From: a virus
Lineage: Duplodnaviria; Caudoviricetes
IMG/VR virus record: IMGVR_UViG_3300037780_000049
Location: 1 to 42,349 of that record
Direction: 5' to 3' (one strand)
Length of the DNA: 42,349 nt
A program made the position numbers and the translations under genes. The notes below the pieces were generated by a model. The model ran no database searches and had not been told where the DNA came from. It worked only from the letters and a program-made list of their open reading frames with translations. Shown in pieces: positions 16,017 through 24,514 of the stretch; within the stretch, counting starts at the first letter, position 1; every line of letters starts with the position of its first letter.

Positions 16017-16343
16017 ATGGATAAGCCCGCCAGCAAAAAAGGCGGCAAGCCCAGCCGCGACAAGGGCAGCCGCTTCGAGCGCGCCGTGGTCAATGAACTC
16101 AAGGCCAAGCACCTGGACGCCCGCCGCGTGCCCCTCTCGGGCGCCATGTGGCTGAAGGGTGATGTTGAAGTCTCCGTCCACTGGCGAGACGACCCGCTCC
16201 GCCTGGAGTGCAAGATCCGCAAGGACGGTTTCAAGGAAATCTATCGCTGGCTGGACAAGAACGACGCCCTAGTCATCCGGGCGGACGGGCAACCCGCGCT
16301 TGCCGTGCTGCCCCTGTCCATGCTGGCCGACCTGTTGCAGTAG
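16017..16343 (+). CDS. Holliday junction resolvase-like PD-(D/E)xK nuclease
   Basis: KGSRFER...RRVPLSGA...GDV...LECK. Confidence 0.8.
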   Translation: MDKPASKKGGKPSRDKGSRFERAVVNELKAKHLDARRVPLSGAMWLKGDVEVSVHWRDDPLRLECKIRKDGFKEIYRWLDKNDALVIRADGQPALAVLPLSMLADLLQ

Positions 16344-16348
16344 GGGGA

Positions 16349-16765
16349 ATGATGAAGCCCGGAACGCGAGGCTATGTAAAGCAGGACCCGCCGGAACTGG
16401 TGGAACGCGTGCGGGAGCTGGCGGAGAAGCGCCTTCCCATGCGCCAGATTGCCGCTGAATTGAACGCCGGGCCGAAGCTGGTGCGTGGCGTGATGCGGCG
16501 GAACGGCATCAAGACCAACGCCCCGAGAGGCCCGAAGAAGGGCACCGGAGGGCGCCCATCGCTGAAGCCATGGCGTGTGCCAGCCACATCGGGGGACCTG
16601 GAGTTCGCCGTCCAGAAGCTGCGCAGCCGCTACCCGGTGGTCTGTGCCGAGCACACCATCCGCCGTCCCCATGACCGGCCCTTGCCGTACACCGAGGAAA
16701 CGCTGTTCAGGGTGGGCAACCGGAAGAACGTGCCTGCCAAGACGGTGCTGAGGATGGCGCGATGA
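16349..16765 (+). CDS. HTH protein, GcrA-like N-terminus
   Basis: ELVERVRELAEKRLPMRQIAAELNAGPKLVRGVMRRNGI. Confidence 0.5.
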   Translation: MMKPGTRGYVKQDPPELVERVRELAEKRLPMRQIAAELNAGPKLVRGVMRRNGIKTNAPRGPKKGTGGRPSLKPWRVPATSGDLEFAVQKLRSRYPVVCAEHTIRRPHDRPLPYTEETLFRVGNRKNVPAKTVLRMAR

Positions 16766-16896
16766 CCGAGGAACAGAAGCGCCAGAACAGCGCGGCATCC
16801 TTCCAGTTGGCCGTGGACGAGCTGCGCCGCATGTGGCTTGAGCAGCGCCACCCCGGTGAGAGCGCCAAGGACTGGCATCGGAGGGTGTATGGCTGA
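16762..16896 (+). CDS. Hypothetical protein (44 aa)
   Basis: ATGA-coupled MTEEQKRQNSAASFQLAVDELRRMW... Confidence 0.45.
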   Translation: MTEEQKRQNSAASFQLAVDELRRMWLEQRHPGESAKDWHRRVYG

Positions 16897-17644
16897 GCGC
16901 GTGGAACAGATAGGCGACTGCACGCTGTATCTGGGCGACTGTCTGGAGGCGCTGCCGACGTTGGACGGTGTGGACCACGTCATTAGCGACCCGCCGTATG
17001 AAGACGAACTGCACGCAGCCATCGGGCGCATCAGGCGTTCAGATGGGGGCGAAATGGTCGACGACCTTGGCTTTGCCGGGGTGAATTCTGGCCGGGCTGA
17101 AATCGCAAGCGCCTGCGTGTCTATCGCCCGAGGCTGGGTAGTTCTTTTCACGCTGGCGGAGGGCGTGCGCGCGTGGCGGGATGATCTGCAAGCAGCCGGG
17201 GCGAAGTGGGACACAACTTGTTTCTGGATCAAACCAGACGCCAGCCCCCGATTCAACGGCCAAGGTCCCGCACGAGGCGCCGAATGCTTCGTAACCTGCT
17301 GGGCGGGGAAGGGCTATCGCCGCTGGAATGCTGGCGGCAAACGAGGCGTCTACACGCATTGCGTCAATACCGGCCGGCAGGGGGAACACCCTACCGAAAA
17401 GCCCGCACCGTTGATGATGGAGATTGTGGGCGACTTCACGCAACCCGGCGAAGCCATTTGCGACCCTTTCATGGGCAGCGGAACAACCGGCGTTGCGTGC
17501 GCCCGGATGGGGCGCGCCTTTATCGGTATCGAGCAGAATCCTCGCTGGTTCGACCTAGCCTGTCGCCGGATCGAGGGCGTCTACAAGCAGGGCGACATGT
17601 TCCGCGAGCCCCCGCCCAAGCTGAAGCAGGAGGCGATGCTGTGA
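16889..17644 (+). CDS. Orphan DNA N6-adenine/N4-cytosine methyltransferase (beta class)
   Basis: SDPPY (motif IV) precedes HPTEKP and DPFMGSGTTG (motif I). Confidence 0.93.
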   Translation: MAERVEQIGDCTLYLGDCLEALPTLDGVDHVISDPPYEDELHAAIGRIRRSDGGEMVDDLGFAGVNSGRAEIASACVSIARGWVVLFTLAEGVRAWRDDLQAAGAKWDTTCFWIKPDASPRFNGQGPARGAECFVTCWAGKGYRRWNAGGKRGVYTHCVNTGRQGEHPTEKPAPLMMEIVGDFTQPGEAICDPFMGSGTTGVACARMGRAFIGIEQNPRWFDLACRRIEGVYKQGDMFREPPPKLKQEAML

Positions 17645-17847
17645 TTACCCTGCTCAAGCGCGCCTTCAGCCGCCCCACCCCGATAGCCCTCAAGGAGCCG
17701 GTGGTTCGTGTGTGCCTGATAGAGATTGGCGGCGCCTCCGTTCTGAAGGTGGGCGGCGATGTCGTGGCGGTCATCAACGACAGCAAGACGCTCGACCGGC
17801 TGATTTACGAGGCATTCGAGGCCAAGCGGGGCATGGAGGCGCGGTGA
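17641..17847 (+). CDS. Hypothetical protein
   Basis: GTG start overlapping the MTase stop; AGGAGG RBS. Confidence 0.55.
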   Translation: MITLLKRAFSRPTPIALKEPVVRVCLIEIGGASVLKVGGDVVAVINDSKTLDRLIYEAFEAKRGMEAR

Positions 17848-17851
17848 GTAT

Positions 17852-17866
17852 GTTCCTGATATGTTC
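17852..17866. promoter_or_regulatory. Alphaproteobacterial LexA (SOS) box
   Basis: GTTC-CTGATAT-GTTC in the intergenic gap upstream of the replication genes. Confidence 0.6.
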
Positions 17867-17906
17867 CGGTAGCACGGCGCCAATCGGTCGGTCATTAAAC
17901 TAGACG

Positions 17907-18110
17907 ATGAGCAACGTCACACACATATTCCCGCCCGCCGCCACGGTTCCCAATGAGGCCCGTGTGGAGTTCATGTACTCGGTCCTGACCGGGCTTCCCA
18001 AGGTGCGCCAGAAGCGCCTTATCGTGGAGGCCGCGTGTGCCGAGGTCGGCTTCCTGACGCCAGAGCAGGCCGAGCGGATCATCAGTTCCCTCGGGTTGGA
18101 GGCGGCCTGA
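17907..18110 (+). CDS. Hypothetical protein
   Basis: 67-aa ORF coupled to the initiator gene. Confidence 0.6.
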   Translation: MSNVTHIFPPAATVPNEARVEFMYSVLTGLPKVRQKRLIVEAACAEVGFLTPEQAERIISSLGLEAA

Positions 18111-18790
18111 TGGTGCTCCGGGAAAAGAACATGCCCGCCATGCCGTGGTTCGTCAGGGACTACCTGATGGACACCCAGCATCTGACGCGGGACCAGCACG
18201 GCGCCTATCTGCTGCTGCTGGGGACCGCCTGGACGCAGGGTGGGACCCTGCCAGACGACGACATCCAACTCGCTGCAATCGCCAAGGCAACGCCGGAAGA
18301 ATGGGCCGCCATCAAGCCTGTCGTGATGTCGTTCTGGACGCTCACCAAGCGCGGATGGAAACAGAAGCGTTTGATGAAAGAACTTGCGTATGTCACGTCA
18401 CAGCGGGAGCGCCGCAAGAAGGCCGCCCAAGCCGGTGGTCGCGCAAAGGCTTCAAAACAAACAGGAAAACAGGGTGCCAATAGCACACCAAAGGCAGAGC
18501 AAACGAGTGCGATTGCCCTAGCACCCACACCCACACCCACACCCACTCTAGTAGATAAATCTACTGAGGATGCCGCGCTGTACCAGCGCGCAGAGGCGGT
18601 TTTGGGGAAGGGTAGCGGTGGCATGGTCACCCAGCTCAAGCGTGCCAAGGGCGGCAGCATCGAGTTGGCGAGGGCGGCCATCGAGATGGCGGCGACCAAG
18701 CACAAGCCCCGTGAGTACATCGGGGCAATCATCAACAAGGCGGCCGAGGAAGCCGGGCAGCCGACGCGGGGCACGGTCGGTGCGATATGA
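18110..18790 (+). CDS. YdaU/DUF1376-family replication initiator
   Basis: MPWFVRDYLMDTQHLTRDQHGAYLLLL...LPDDD..LAAIA...QKRL. Confidence 0.85.
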   Translation: MVLREKNMPAMPWFVRDYLMDTQHLTRDQHGAYLLLLGTAWTQGGTLPDDDIQLAAIAKATPEEWAAIKPVVMSFWTLTKRGWKQKRLMKELAYVTSQRERRKKAAQAGGRAKASKQTGKQGANSTPKAEQTSAIALAPTPTPTPTLVDKSTEDAALYQRAEAVLGKGSGGMVTQLKRAKGGSIELARAAIEMAATKHKPREYIGAIINKAAEEAGQPTRGTVGAI

Positions 18791-19101
18791 GCCTGGAGGA
18801 ACACGGCATCCGACTGAAGCGCCGCACTCCGGGCAACCACAAGACCGTCTGCCCGAAGTGTTCGGCGCAGCGGAGGAAGAAAACCGACCCGTGCCTTTCG
18901 GTGACCATCGAGGTGGACGGGTCATGGGTGTGCAACTGCCATCACTGCGGATGGGCGATGGGGGAGCGAGATGCTGAACAAGCAACACATGGACTGGCTG
19001 GCAAAGCGCGGGATAGATCCCGAGACCGCGACCAATTACGGGCTGCACAGTCGAGACGACGCGCTCGTCTGGCCGTACAGCGAGCGGGGCGAGGTGGTTA
19101 A
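18787..19101 (+). CDS. Primase zinc-binding domain (separate ORF)
   Basis: CPKCS..RRKKTDPCLSV...CHHCGW, as in T7 gp4/Twinkle N-termini. Confidence 0.75.
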   Translation: MSLEEHGIRLKRRTPGNHKTVCPKCSAQRRKKTDPCLSVTIEVDGSWVCNCHHCGWAMGERDAEQATHGLAGKARDRSRDRDQLRAAQSRRRARLAVQRAGRGG

Positions 19102-20392
19102 CGAGAAGGTCCGCCGCCCCGGCAAGCAGTTCCACCAGCAGGCCGGCGGTCGCAAGACGTTCTGGAACGCCGACGTGCTGGACGACCCGGCCTTGCAGAC
19201 CGCGAGCCGCGGCAAGCTGGTCATCACGGAAGGCGAGATGGACGCCCTGACCGCCATCGAGTGCGGTTTCCCGTTCGCGGTGTCGGTGCCTGATGGGGCG
19301 CCTGCCACGGCGACGGACAGCGACCAGAAGTTCGGCTATGTGCTGAACAACTGGGACCGGTTGGAGAAGGTCGAGGCGTTCATCCTGGCGGGCGACGGGG
19401 ACGAGCCTGGCCGGTATCTGAACGCAGAACTGGCGCGCCGCTTGGGGCCTGAGCGGTGCTGCCATGTGACCTATCCCGAGGGCTGCAAGGACCTGAACGA
19501 GGTGCTGTGCAAGTATGGCCCGGCGGAGGTTTCGCGGGTCATCAACGGCGCCAAGCCCTACCCGGTGAAGGGGCTTTACAGCCTCGCAGATTACCCGGAC
19601 CTGCCGCCGTTCCGCACCTACAGCACGGGATGGCCGGGGGTTGACGACCACTACAAGCTGACGCCGGGAACGCTGACCGTGGCGACAGGCATTCCCAGCC
19701 ACGGCAAGTCTACGGTCATCACGGCGATAGCCCTAAACGCGGCGGCGCTGCACGGCTGGTCCATCCTGCTGTCCAGCTTCGAGCTGCCGCCGGTCCCCTA
19801 CCACCGGGATGTCATCCGGTCATACCGCATTGGGAAGCTGCCGAAATATGCGTCGGCGGACGAGATTGCGGAGGCCGACGCCTGGATTCAGGACCACATC
19901 ACGTTCCTGACCGAGGACCCGGAGGACGGCGAGGGGTTCCAACTGGACGACCTCATCGAGAAGGCGGAAATTGCGGTCATCCGCCACGGAATTCGCATGT
20001 GGGTGCTGGATCCGTGGAACCAGATCGAGCACCTGAAGGGCGGCGACGAAACCGAGACGGAATACACGGCCCGTGCCCTTCGTGCCCTGCGGCGATTTGC
20101 GCGCCGCTTCGAGGTTGCCGTTGTTCTGGTGGCGCACCCGGCGAAGATGGCGACCAAGGGCGAAGCGGCTAAGCCCCCGACGCTCTACGACATCGCCGGG
20201 TCGGCGCATTTCTACAACAACCCGGACTTCGGCTTGACCATCTGGCGGCCAGACCTGACGCAGAACGACACGGATATCATCGTGCGGAAGGTGCGTTTCC
20301 AGGAGACGGGGAAGCCGGGCGTGGTGCCCATGCTGTTCCTGCAATCGAGCGGGCGGTTCATGGTGAACGAGATGCGGGAGAGCCCAGCATGA
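18971..20392 (+). CDS. TOPRIM primase - DnaB-like (SF4) helicase, T7 gp4/Twinkle-like
   Basis: ITEGEMDAL, SVPDGA, DGDEPG, KDLNE; Walker A GIPSHGKS; LDPWN; VAHP; GSAHFYN. Confidence 0.93.
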   Translation: MLNKQHMDWLAKRGIDPETATNYGLHSRDDALVWPYSERGEVVNEKVRRPGKQFHQQAGGRKTFWNADVLDDPALQTASRGKLVITEGEMDALTAIECGFPFAVSVPDGAPATATDSDQKFGYVLNNWDRLEKVEAFILAGDGDEPGRYLNAELARRLGPERCCHVTYPEGCKDLNEVLCKYGPAEVSRVINGAKPYPVKGLYSLADYPDLPPFRTYSTGWPGVDDHYKLTPGTLTVATGIPSHGKSTVITAIALNAAALHGWSILLSSFELPPVPYHRDVIRSYRIGKLPKYASADEIAEADAWIQDHITFLTEDPEDGEGFQLDDLIEKAEIAVIRHGIRMWVLDPWNQIEHLKGGDETETEYTARALRALRRFARRFEVAVVLVAHPAKMATKGEAAKPPTLYDIAGSAHFYNNPDFGLTIWRPDLTQNDTDIIVRKVRFQETGKPGVVPMLFLQSSGRFMVNEMRESPA

Positions 20393-20625
20393 AAGTCCAC
20401 GGCATCACCATCACCCCGGAGCAGATAGCGGCGGCTGAGACGCTGACCAATGGCGGCAGGTTCACCTTGGCGCAGGTCGAGAAGTTGTTAGAGGCGCATG
20501 GCGTGCCGAGAACAACCGAACGGGACTTTCAGCCTGTGCTGATGCGCGCTGCCGACCGCCTCCTCCAGAAATGGAAGCGAGAGGGAAAGATAAGGTGGAC
20601 CGGCAGCTATTGGGAGCGGGTATGA
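20389..20625 (+). CDS. Hypothetical winged-helix-like protein
   Basis: RAADRLLQKWKREGKI; coupled ORF. Confidence 0.6.
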   Translation: MKVHGITITPEQIAAAETLTNGGRFTLAQVEKLLEAHGVPRTTERDFQPVLMRAADRLLQKWKREGKIRWTGSYWERV

Positions 20626-21119
20626 AAGCGGTCGTAACCAGATCCTCCACCCGTGCCATCGCCAATGCCGAGGCTCGTCAGCGTGCCGAGCAGGACAGGG
20701 GAGGGACGCCGGAGACCATCGCCAAGGCCCGTGTGACGCCGTGCCCCATCGACACCCTGCTTGAGAGGGGTGTGATCGACGACGGGCAGGCCAAGGACAT
20801 GGAGGCCATCCAGGCGGGATACCAGATCGTTACCCAGGGCGTGTCGGTCAAGACATCCTCGCCCTTCCGGGTCGACCACGGGGAGCGCAACGAGACGGAA
20901 CGGCAGGCCGTGGTGAGCGGGCGATACCGGCTGTGGTCGGTCAAGTTGAAGATGGCCGGCAAGCTGTGGGCGCAGAGGGTCTGTGTGTGGGTGGCGGCTG
21001 AAGGATTGAACCTGGCTGACTGCGACGAGAGGTTGCGGAAGCGGAAGGGCACGGCGCGTGGGCTTTTGCTGGACGGTCTGGCGATGTATCGCGAGGTCAA
21101 ACGGACTGGCGGAATATGA
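20622..21119 (+). CDS. Putative late-gene regulator (Q-like antiterminator)
   Basis: Last early gene; C-terminal HTH-like region; followed immediately by a promoter and terminator. Confidence 0.6.
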   Translation: MKAVVTRSSTRAIANAEARQRAEQDRGGTPETIAKARVTPCPIDTLLERGVIDDGQAKDMEAIQAGYQIVTQGVSVKTSSPFRVDHGERNETERQAVVSGRYRLWSVKLKMAGKLWAQRVCVWVAAEGLNLADCDERLRKRKGTARGLLLDGLAMYREVKRTGGI

Positions 21120-21149
21120 TTGACCGCCGGGGGTCGGGAATGGTACTAT
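21120..21149 (+). promoter_or_regulatory. Late promoter (pR'-like)
   Basis: TTGACC-N18-TACTAT with TG extended -10. Confidence 0.65.
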
Positions 21150-21180
21150 CCTGTTAATCGACGCTTTGCGTCCCGAGTTC

Positions 21181-21206
21181 AGGCCCCGCTTCGGCGGGGT
21201 CTTTTC
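21181..21206 (+). terminator. tR'-like terminator
   Basis: AGGCCCCGC-TTCG-GCGGGGTCT-TTT. Confidence 0.8.
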
Positions 21207-21277
21207 GTTAGGGGCAGGCGACACGCTACAGACATTCCTGACCTGAGCGCCTCGCCCCACACCCCATGAGGCCCGGT

Positions 21278-21679
21278 ATGCGCGATCCTGAGAAAATCGC
21301 AGCATATACGGCCAAGGCCCAAGAGCACATCGACGCCTTCTTCGCGGACGGCCGCACGCTGCCTTACGACTACACGTCTGGCGCCATCACGGCGCGGATT
21401 CACAGCGTCACCATCGTCGAGGAAGCTGGACGTTATCAACCGGGCGATCTGGTGGTTGTGGTTGGGCTGTTCGTCAATGGGCAGGAGATCACATGTCCCG
21501 ACCGAGCGGGGCCAACTGGCAAGTGCCAGGAATGGGTGAGCATCAACGTCCCGCTGGAGGTGCCAGACCCCGAGGGGCCGATTGAAAAGGCCGACGGGTC
21601 CCGTTGGCGGGAAGACCCGCTGGCCATCCAGCGCGGCGGCCTGACCGAACTTGTCTCGCAGGTCATGGGCGCGCTCTGA
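21278..21679 (+). CDS. Hypothetical virion-associated protein
   Basis: First late gene; WVSINVP resembles WKLVDPP of 36826-37065. Confidence 0.65.
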   Translation: MRDPEKIAAYTAKAQEHIDAFFADGRTLPYDYTSGAITARIHSVTIVEEAGRYQPGDLVVVVGLFVNGQEITCPDRAGPTGKCQEWVSINVPLEVPDPEGPIEKADGSRWREDPLAIQRGGLTELVSQVMGAL

Positions 21680-22818
21680 TGCCCACCTACACCATTTACG
21701 CCGACACGTCGGATGGCTATCTCGGGAGCGAAAGCGGGACCTCCTACGCCGATGCGCGCTCTGCGGCAGGTACCGTCACGGTCTACGAGGCCGCCGTCAC
21801 CACGATCCGCGTCGGGCAAGAACTGGACGGCAGTCAGTACGGCGTCTTTCTGGGGTACCTGTCGTTTGACACGTCCTCGATTGGTGATTCCGAGGAAGTC
21901 GGCACGCCGGTCCTGTCGCTGTACGGGGATGGGGATAATTCCGCCACCGACTTCACCGTCGAGGTGTTCGTCTACGATTGGGGCGCGACCCTTGGAACGG
22001 GAGATTGGCAGGGCACAAGCCTAGGCGGCCTGACCAAGGTAGCAACCAAGGCAACCTCGGCCGGTTGGGGTTTCTCCTACAACGACCTCACTGCCGAAGT
22101 GGCCTTTGCGGCGAACATCAACAAGACCGGGGACACAAGGCTTGTCATCGGTTCCTCCAGGACGAGAGGCAACAACAGCCCGTCCGGCGCTGAATATGTG
22201 AACTTCCGCTCGTCGGATTTCACCGGCACGGACCGGGATCCGAAGCTGGTCGTGACGACCACGCTGCCGAACATCAACATCGACGTCCCCGCTGGCTCCA
22301 TAAGCCTGACGGCCAATGCGCCTTCGGTTCTCACTGACGCCGCGGTTCAGGTCCCGGCTGCATCCCTGTCTCTCACAGGGTACGCGCCGACCCTGCTGAT
22401 CGACCCGATCATCTCGATCCCGGCTGCGAGTATTTCGCTCACGGCATACGCGCCGGGAATAGAGATTGGCATCAAAGTGCCTGTTGCCGGGGCTGTGCTG
22501 GCCGCTGGTGCGCCTGCCGTTCTGGTCGACACGGTTGTGGCGGTTCCTGCGGCGTTGCTCTCTGCGGCCTTCCAGGCGCCTCTGATTGCAACGGGTGCCT
22601 CAATATCAGTTCCGGTCAAGTCGCTGTCCCTGACAGCACGGCTTCCAGGCCTGGTGATAGACCGGTTCATCTCGGTTCCCTCGGCTGGGCTAAGGATCAC
22701 GACACACGCACCGACCAGAACGGGGCCGCTATGGAACCCGGCGACGGTTCAGAGCACGAGCTGGAGCGCAGCCAGCGTGGATGAAACGACATGGACGCCG
22801 GTTGCGCCGGCCGACTAG
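21679..22818 (+). CDS. Fibre/decoration protein: N-terminal beta-sandwich (DNRLRE/CBM-like) plus Ala/Pro repeat stalk
   Basis: FDTSSI...PKLVVT domain followed by repeated VPAASLSLTxxAP units. Confidence 0.65.
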   Translation: MPTYTIYADTSDGYLGSESGTSYADARSAAGTVTVYEAAVTTIRVGQELDGSQYGVFLGYLSFDTSSIGDSEEVGTPVLSLYGDGDNSATDFTVEVFVYDWGATLGTGDWQGTSLGGLTKVATKATSAGWGFSYNDLTAEVAFAANINKTGDTRLVIGSSRTRGNNSPSGAEYVNFRSSDFTGTDRDPKLVVTTTLPNINIDVPAGSISLTANAPSVLTDAAVQVPAASLSLTGYAPTLLIDPIISIPAASISLTAYAPGIEIGIKVPVAGAVLAAGAPAVLVDTVVAVPAALLSAAFQAPLIATGASISVPVKSLSLTARLPGLVIDRFISVPSAGLRITTHAPTRTGPLWNPATVQSTSWSAASVDETTWTPVAPAD

Positions 22819-22827
22819 GAGGCCGAC

Positions 22828-23259
22828 ATGGCTGTGACGATCCAGGTTTACAACTCGTTCTATGAGAAGCTTACCGAAGGCTTCAACATGGGCTCGGATT
22901 CCTTCAAGGTGATCCTGCTCGACAACAGCCACAGCTTCAACGCGGCGCATACCCAGCTTTCGGACGTGAGCGCGAATGAGATTGCGACGGGCAGTGGCTA
23001 CACCCAGCAGAGCAAGACGCTGGCGAGCGTCACCAGTGCCCAGTCGAGCGGGACATACACCTTCGACGCGGCGGATGTGACGTGGACGGCATCGGGCGGG
23101 GCGATCAGCGCCTATCATGCGGTGATCTACAACGACACGGATGCCAGTGACTCGCTGGTGTGCAGCATCAACTTCGACGGCCAGCAGACGGCGGCGGATG
23201 GGGCGGACTTCAAGCTGATCTGGAACGCCTCGGGCATCTTCACTCTGGCGGCGGCCTAG
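22828..23259 (+). CDS. Virion structural protein (fibre base/decoration type)
   Basis: AGGAGG RBS; FKVILL...EIATGSGYT...FDAADVTWT...AVIY...WNASGIF. Confidence 0.7.
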   Translation: MAVTIQVYNSFYEKLTEGFNMGSDSFKVILLDNSHSFNAAHTQLSDVSANEIATGSGYTQQSKTLASVTSAQSSGTYTFDAADVTWTASGGAISAYHAVIYNDTDASDSLVCSINFDGQQTAADGADFKLIWNASGIFTLAAA

Positions 23260-23441
23260 TCGGGCAGAAACCCGTACATCAGCATATAACGGATGCACAG
23301 TTCAGCCGGGCCGGTGATGGGGATCTCGCCCGCTTCCCAGCGCCTGACAGTGCGGTCGTTTGCCAAGCCCAACTCGGCAGCAAGCCCGGCCTGCGAGAGG
23401 CCGAGCTGCTTACGGGCGGATACGATTTCCTCGGGGGTCAT
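23256..23441 (-). CDS. Small XRE HTH repressor (Aca-like)
   Basis: ARKQLGLSQAGLAAELG...RTVRRWEAGEIPI. Confidence 0.85.
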   Translation of the reverse strand: MTPEEIVSARKQLGLSQAGLAAELGLANDRTVRRWEAGEIPITGPAELCIRYMLMYGFLPD

Positions 23442-23875
23442 GCGGCGGGCCTGATGTAGGACTTGTCCTGCGTGGTGGTGAAGCCGCTTTCGGTGCGGAT
23501 GCGATAGGTCTTGGTGTTGACCTTGACGATTTCGCAGGCGCCGTAATGGATCGAAACGGCTTTGTCGCCAGCCTTGAGGGTCAGGGCATCGCGCACAGCC
23601 TGACGGGCACGTTCAGCGTCGCCCTTCTTGCTATTGGCCATCTTGGTGAGGTTCTTGGCTTTGGCGCGGTGTGCGTCGGCCTTGGCGAGCAGTTCATAGG
23701 CACGGTCGGTGTCCGCGATCTGCTTGGCACGGGCGGGCAGGTGGCCGGGCTGAGTGATGAAGGCCCAATCGTGGTTCTGGTTGTCGAGCAGGGCGCGGGC
23801 TTTGGCTTCGGCGGCATCGGCCCAGGCGTTACGACGGTCAGCGCGGTTGGCCCAAGTGGTCTTGATGTTGGTCAT
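23438..23875 (-). CDS. Hypothetical protein (helical N-terminus loosely DUF3560-like; SH3/KOW-like C-terminus)
   Basis: GGGAG RBS; LKAGDKAV...IVKVNTKTYRI. Confidence 0.75.
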   Translation of the reverse strand: MTNIKTTWANRADRRNAWADAAEAKARALLDNQNHDWAFITQPGHLPARAKQIADTDRAYELLAKADAHRAKAKNLTKMANSKKGDAERARQAVRDALTLKAGDKAVSIHYGACEIVKVNTKTYRIRTESGFTTTQDKSYIRPAA

Positions 23876-23922
23876 TTCAGTCTCCCGTGTCCGGTGGGCC
23901 ATTGGCCCGTTGCGATGATGTT

Positions 23923-23951
23923 AGAATAGGACAATATGTCCGGTATGGCAA
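23923..23951 (-). promoter_or_regulatory. Strong promoter with palindromic operator
   Basis: TTGCCA-N17-TATTCT; GGACA-N3-TGTCC (23929-23941) in the spacer. Confidence 0.75.
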
Positions 23952-23962
23952 CAGGAAAAGTG

Positions 23963-24514
23963 ATGGCACGAGCGACTTTTTTTCTCAGTGCCGGGCGCTG
24001 TGGAACACAGACGCTACGCCATGCCATCAACGTCTTGCGCCCTGACGCTGTGGTGGGGCATGAATCAATCGGGCCTGAGTATGCGGCGTTCGACAAGGCA
24101 CTGGCTCACATGCACGAGGTGGAACAGATCCTCGACGGCGGGCAGGACTACATCGAGACGGGCTGGCCGTGCTTCGTGGCGCTGCCGTTCTACCGTGCCA
24201 TTCATCCGGAGTGGAACATCGTCCACATCGAGCGGCGCTTGCAGGACCAGGCGGCTAGCCTGAACGCACAGGGTCTGTTCGATGGAAGGAACGGCAGGTT
24301 CGCCCCACTTCTCACGGGCCTGACAGCCGAGGAGCACATCATGAACATCACGGCGCTGGCGGTGAGCATGAGAACCGAGGGCATCACATTCACCCAGTTG
24401 TTCGGAGGCTACATGGCGCCGGCCAGGATCGCGGCGATGGTCGGTGTTGACCCGGGCGCCCTGACGGACCAGTTGAGGCACAAGGTCGACGCATACGCAC
24501 CGGAGGCTGTGTGA
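23963..24514 (+). CDS. Sulfotransferase-family (P-loop) protein
   Basis: FFLSAGRCGTQTL (5'-PSB-like), HES, IVHIERR...AASL (3'-PB-like). Confidence 0.65.
   Translation: MARATFFLSAGRCGTQTLRHAINVLRPDAVVGHESIGPEYAAFDKALAHMHEVEQILDGGQDYIETGWPCFVALPFYRAIHPEWNIVHIERRLQDQAASLNAQGLFDGRNGRFAPLLTGLTAEEHIMNITALAVSMRTEGITFTQLFGGYMAPARIAAMVGVDPGALTDQLRHKVDAYAPEAV

Noticed and set aside
16889-17644. Restriction-modification system
   Set aside because: No cognate restriction endonuclease; the nearby nuclease is resolvase-like, so the MTase is an orphan.
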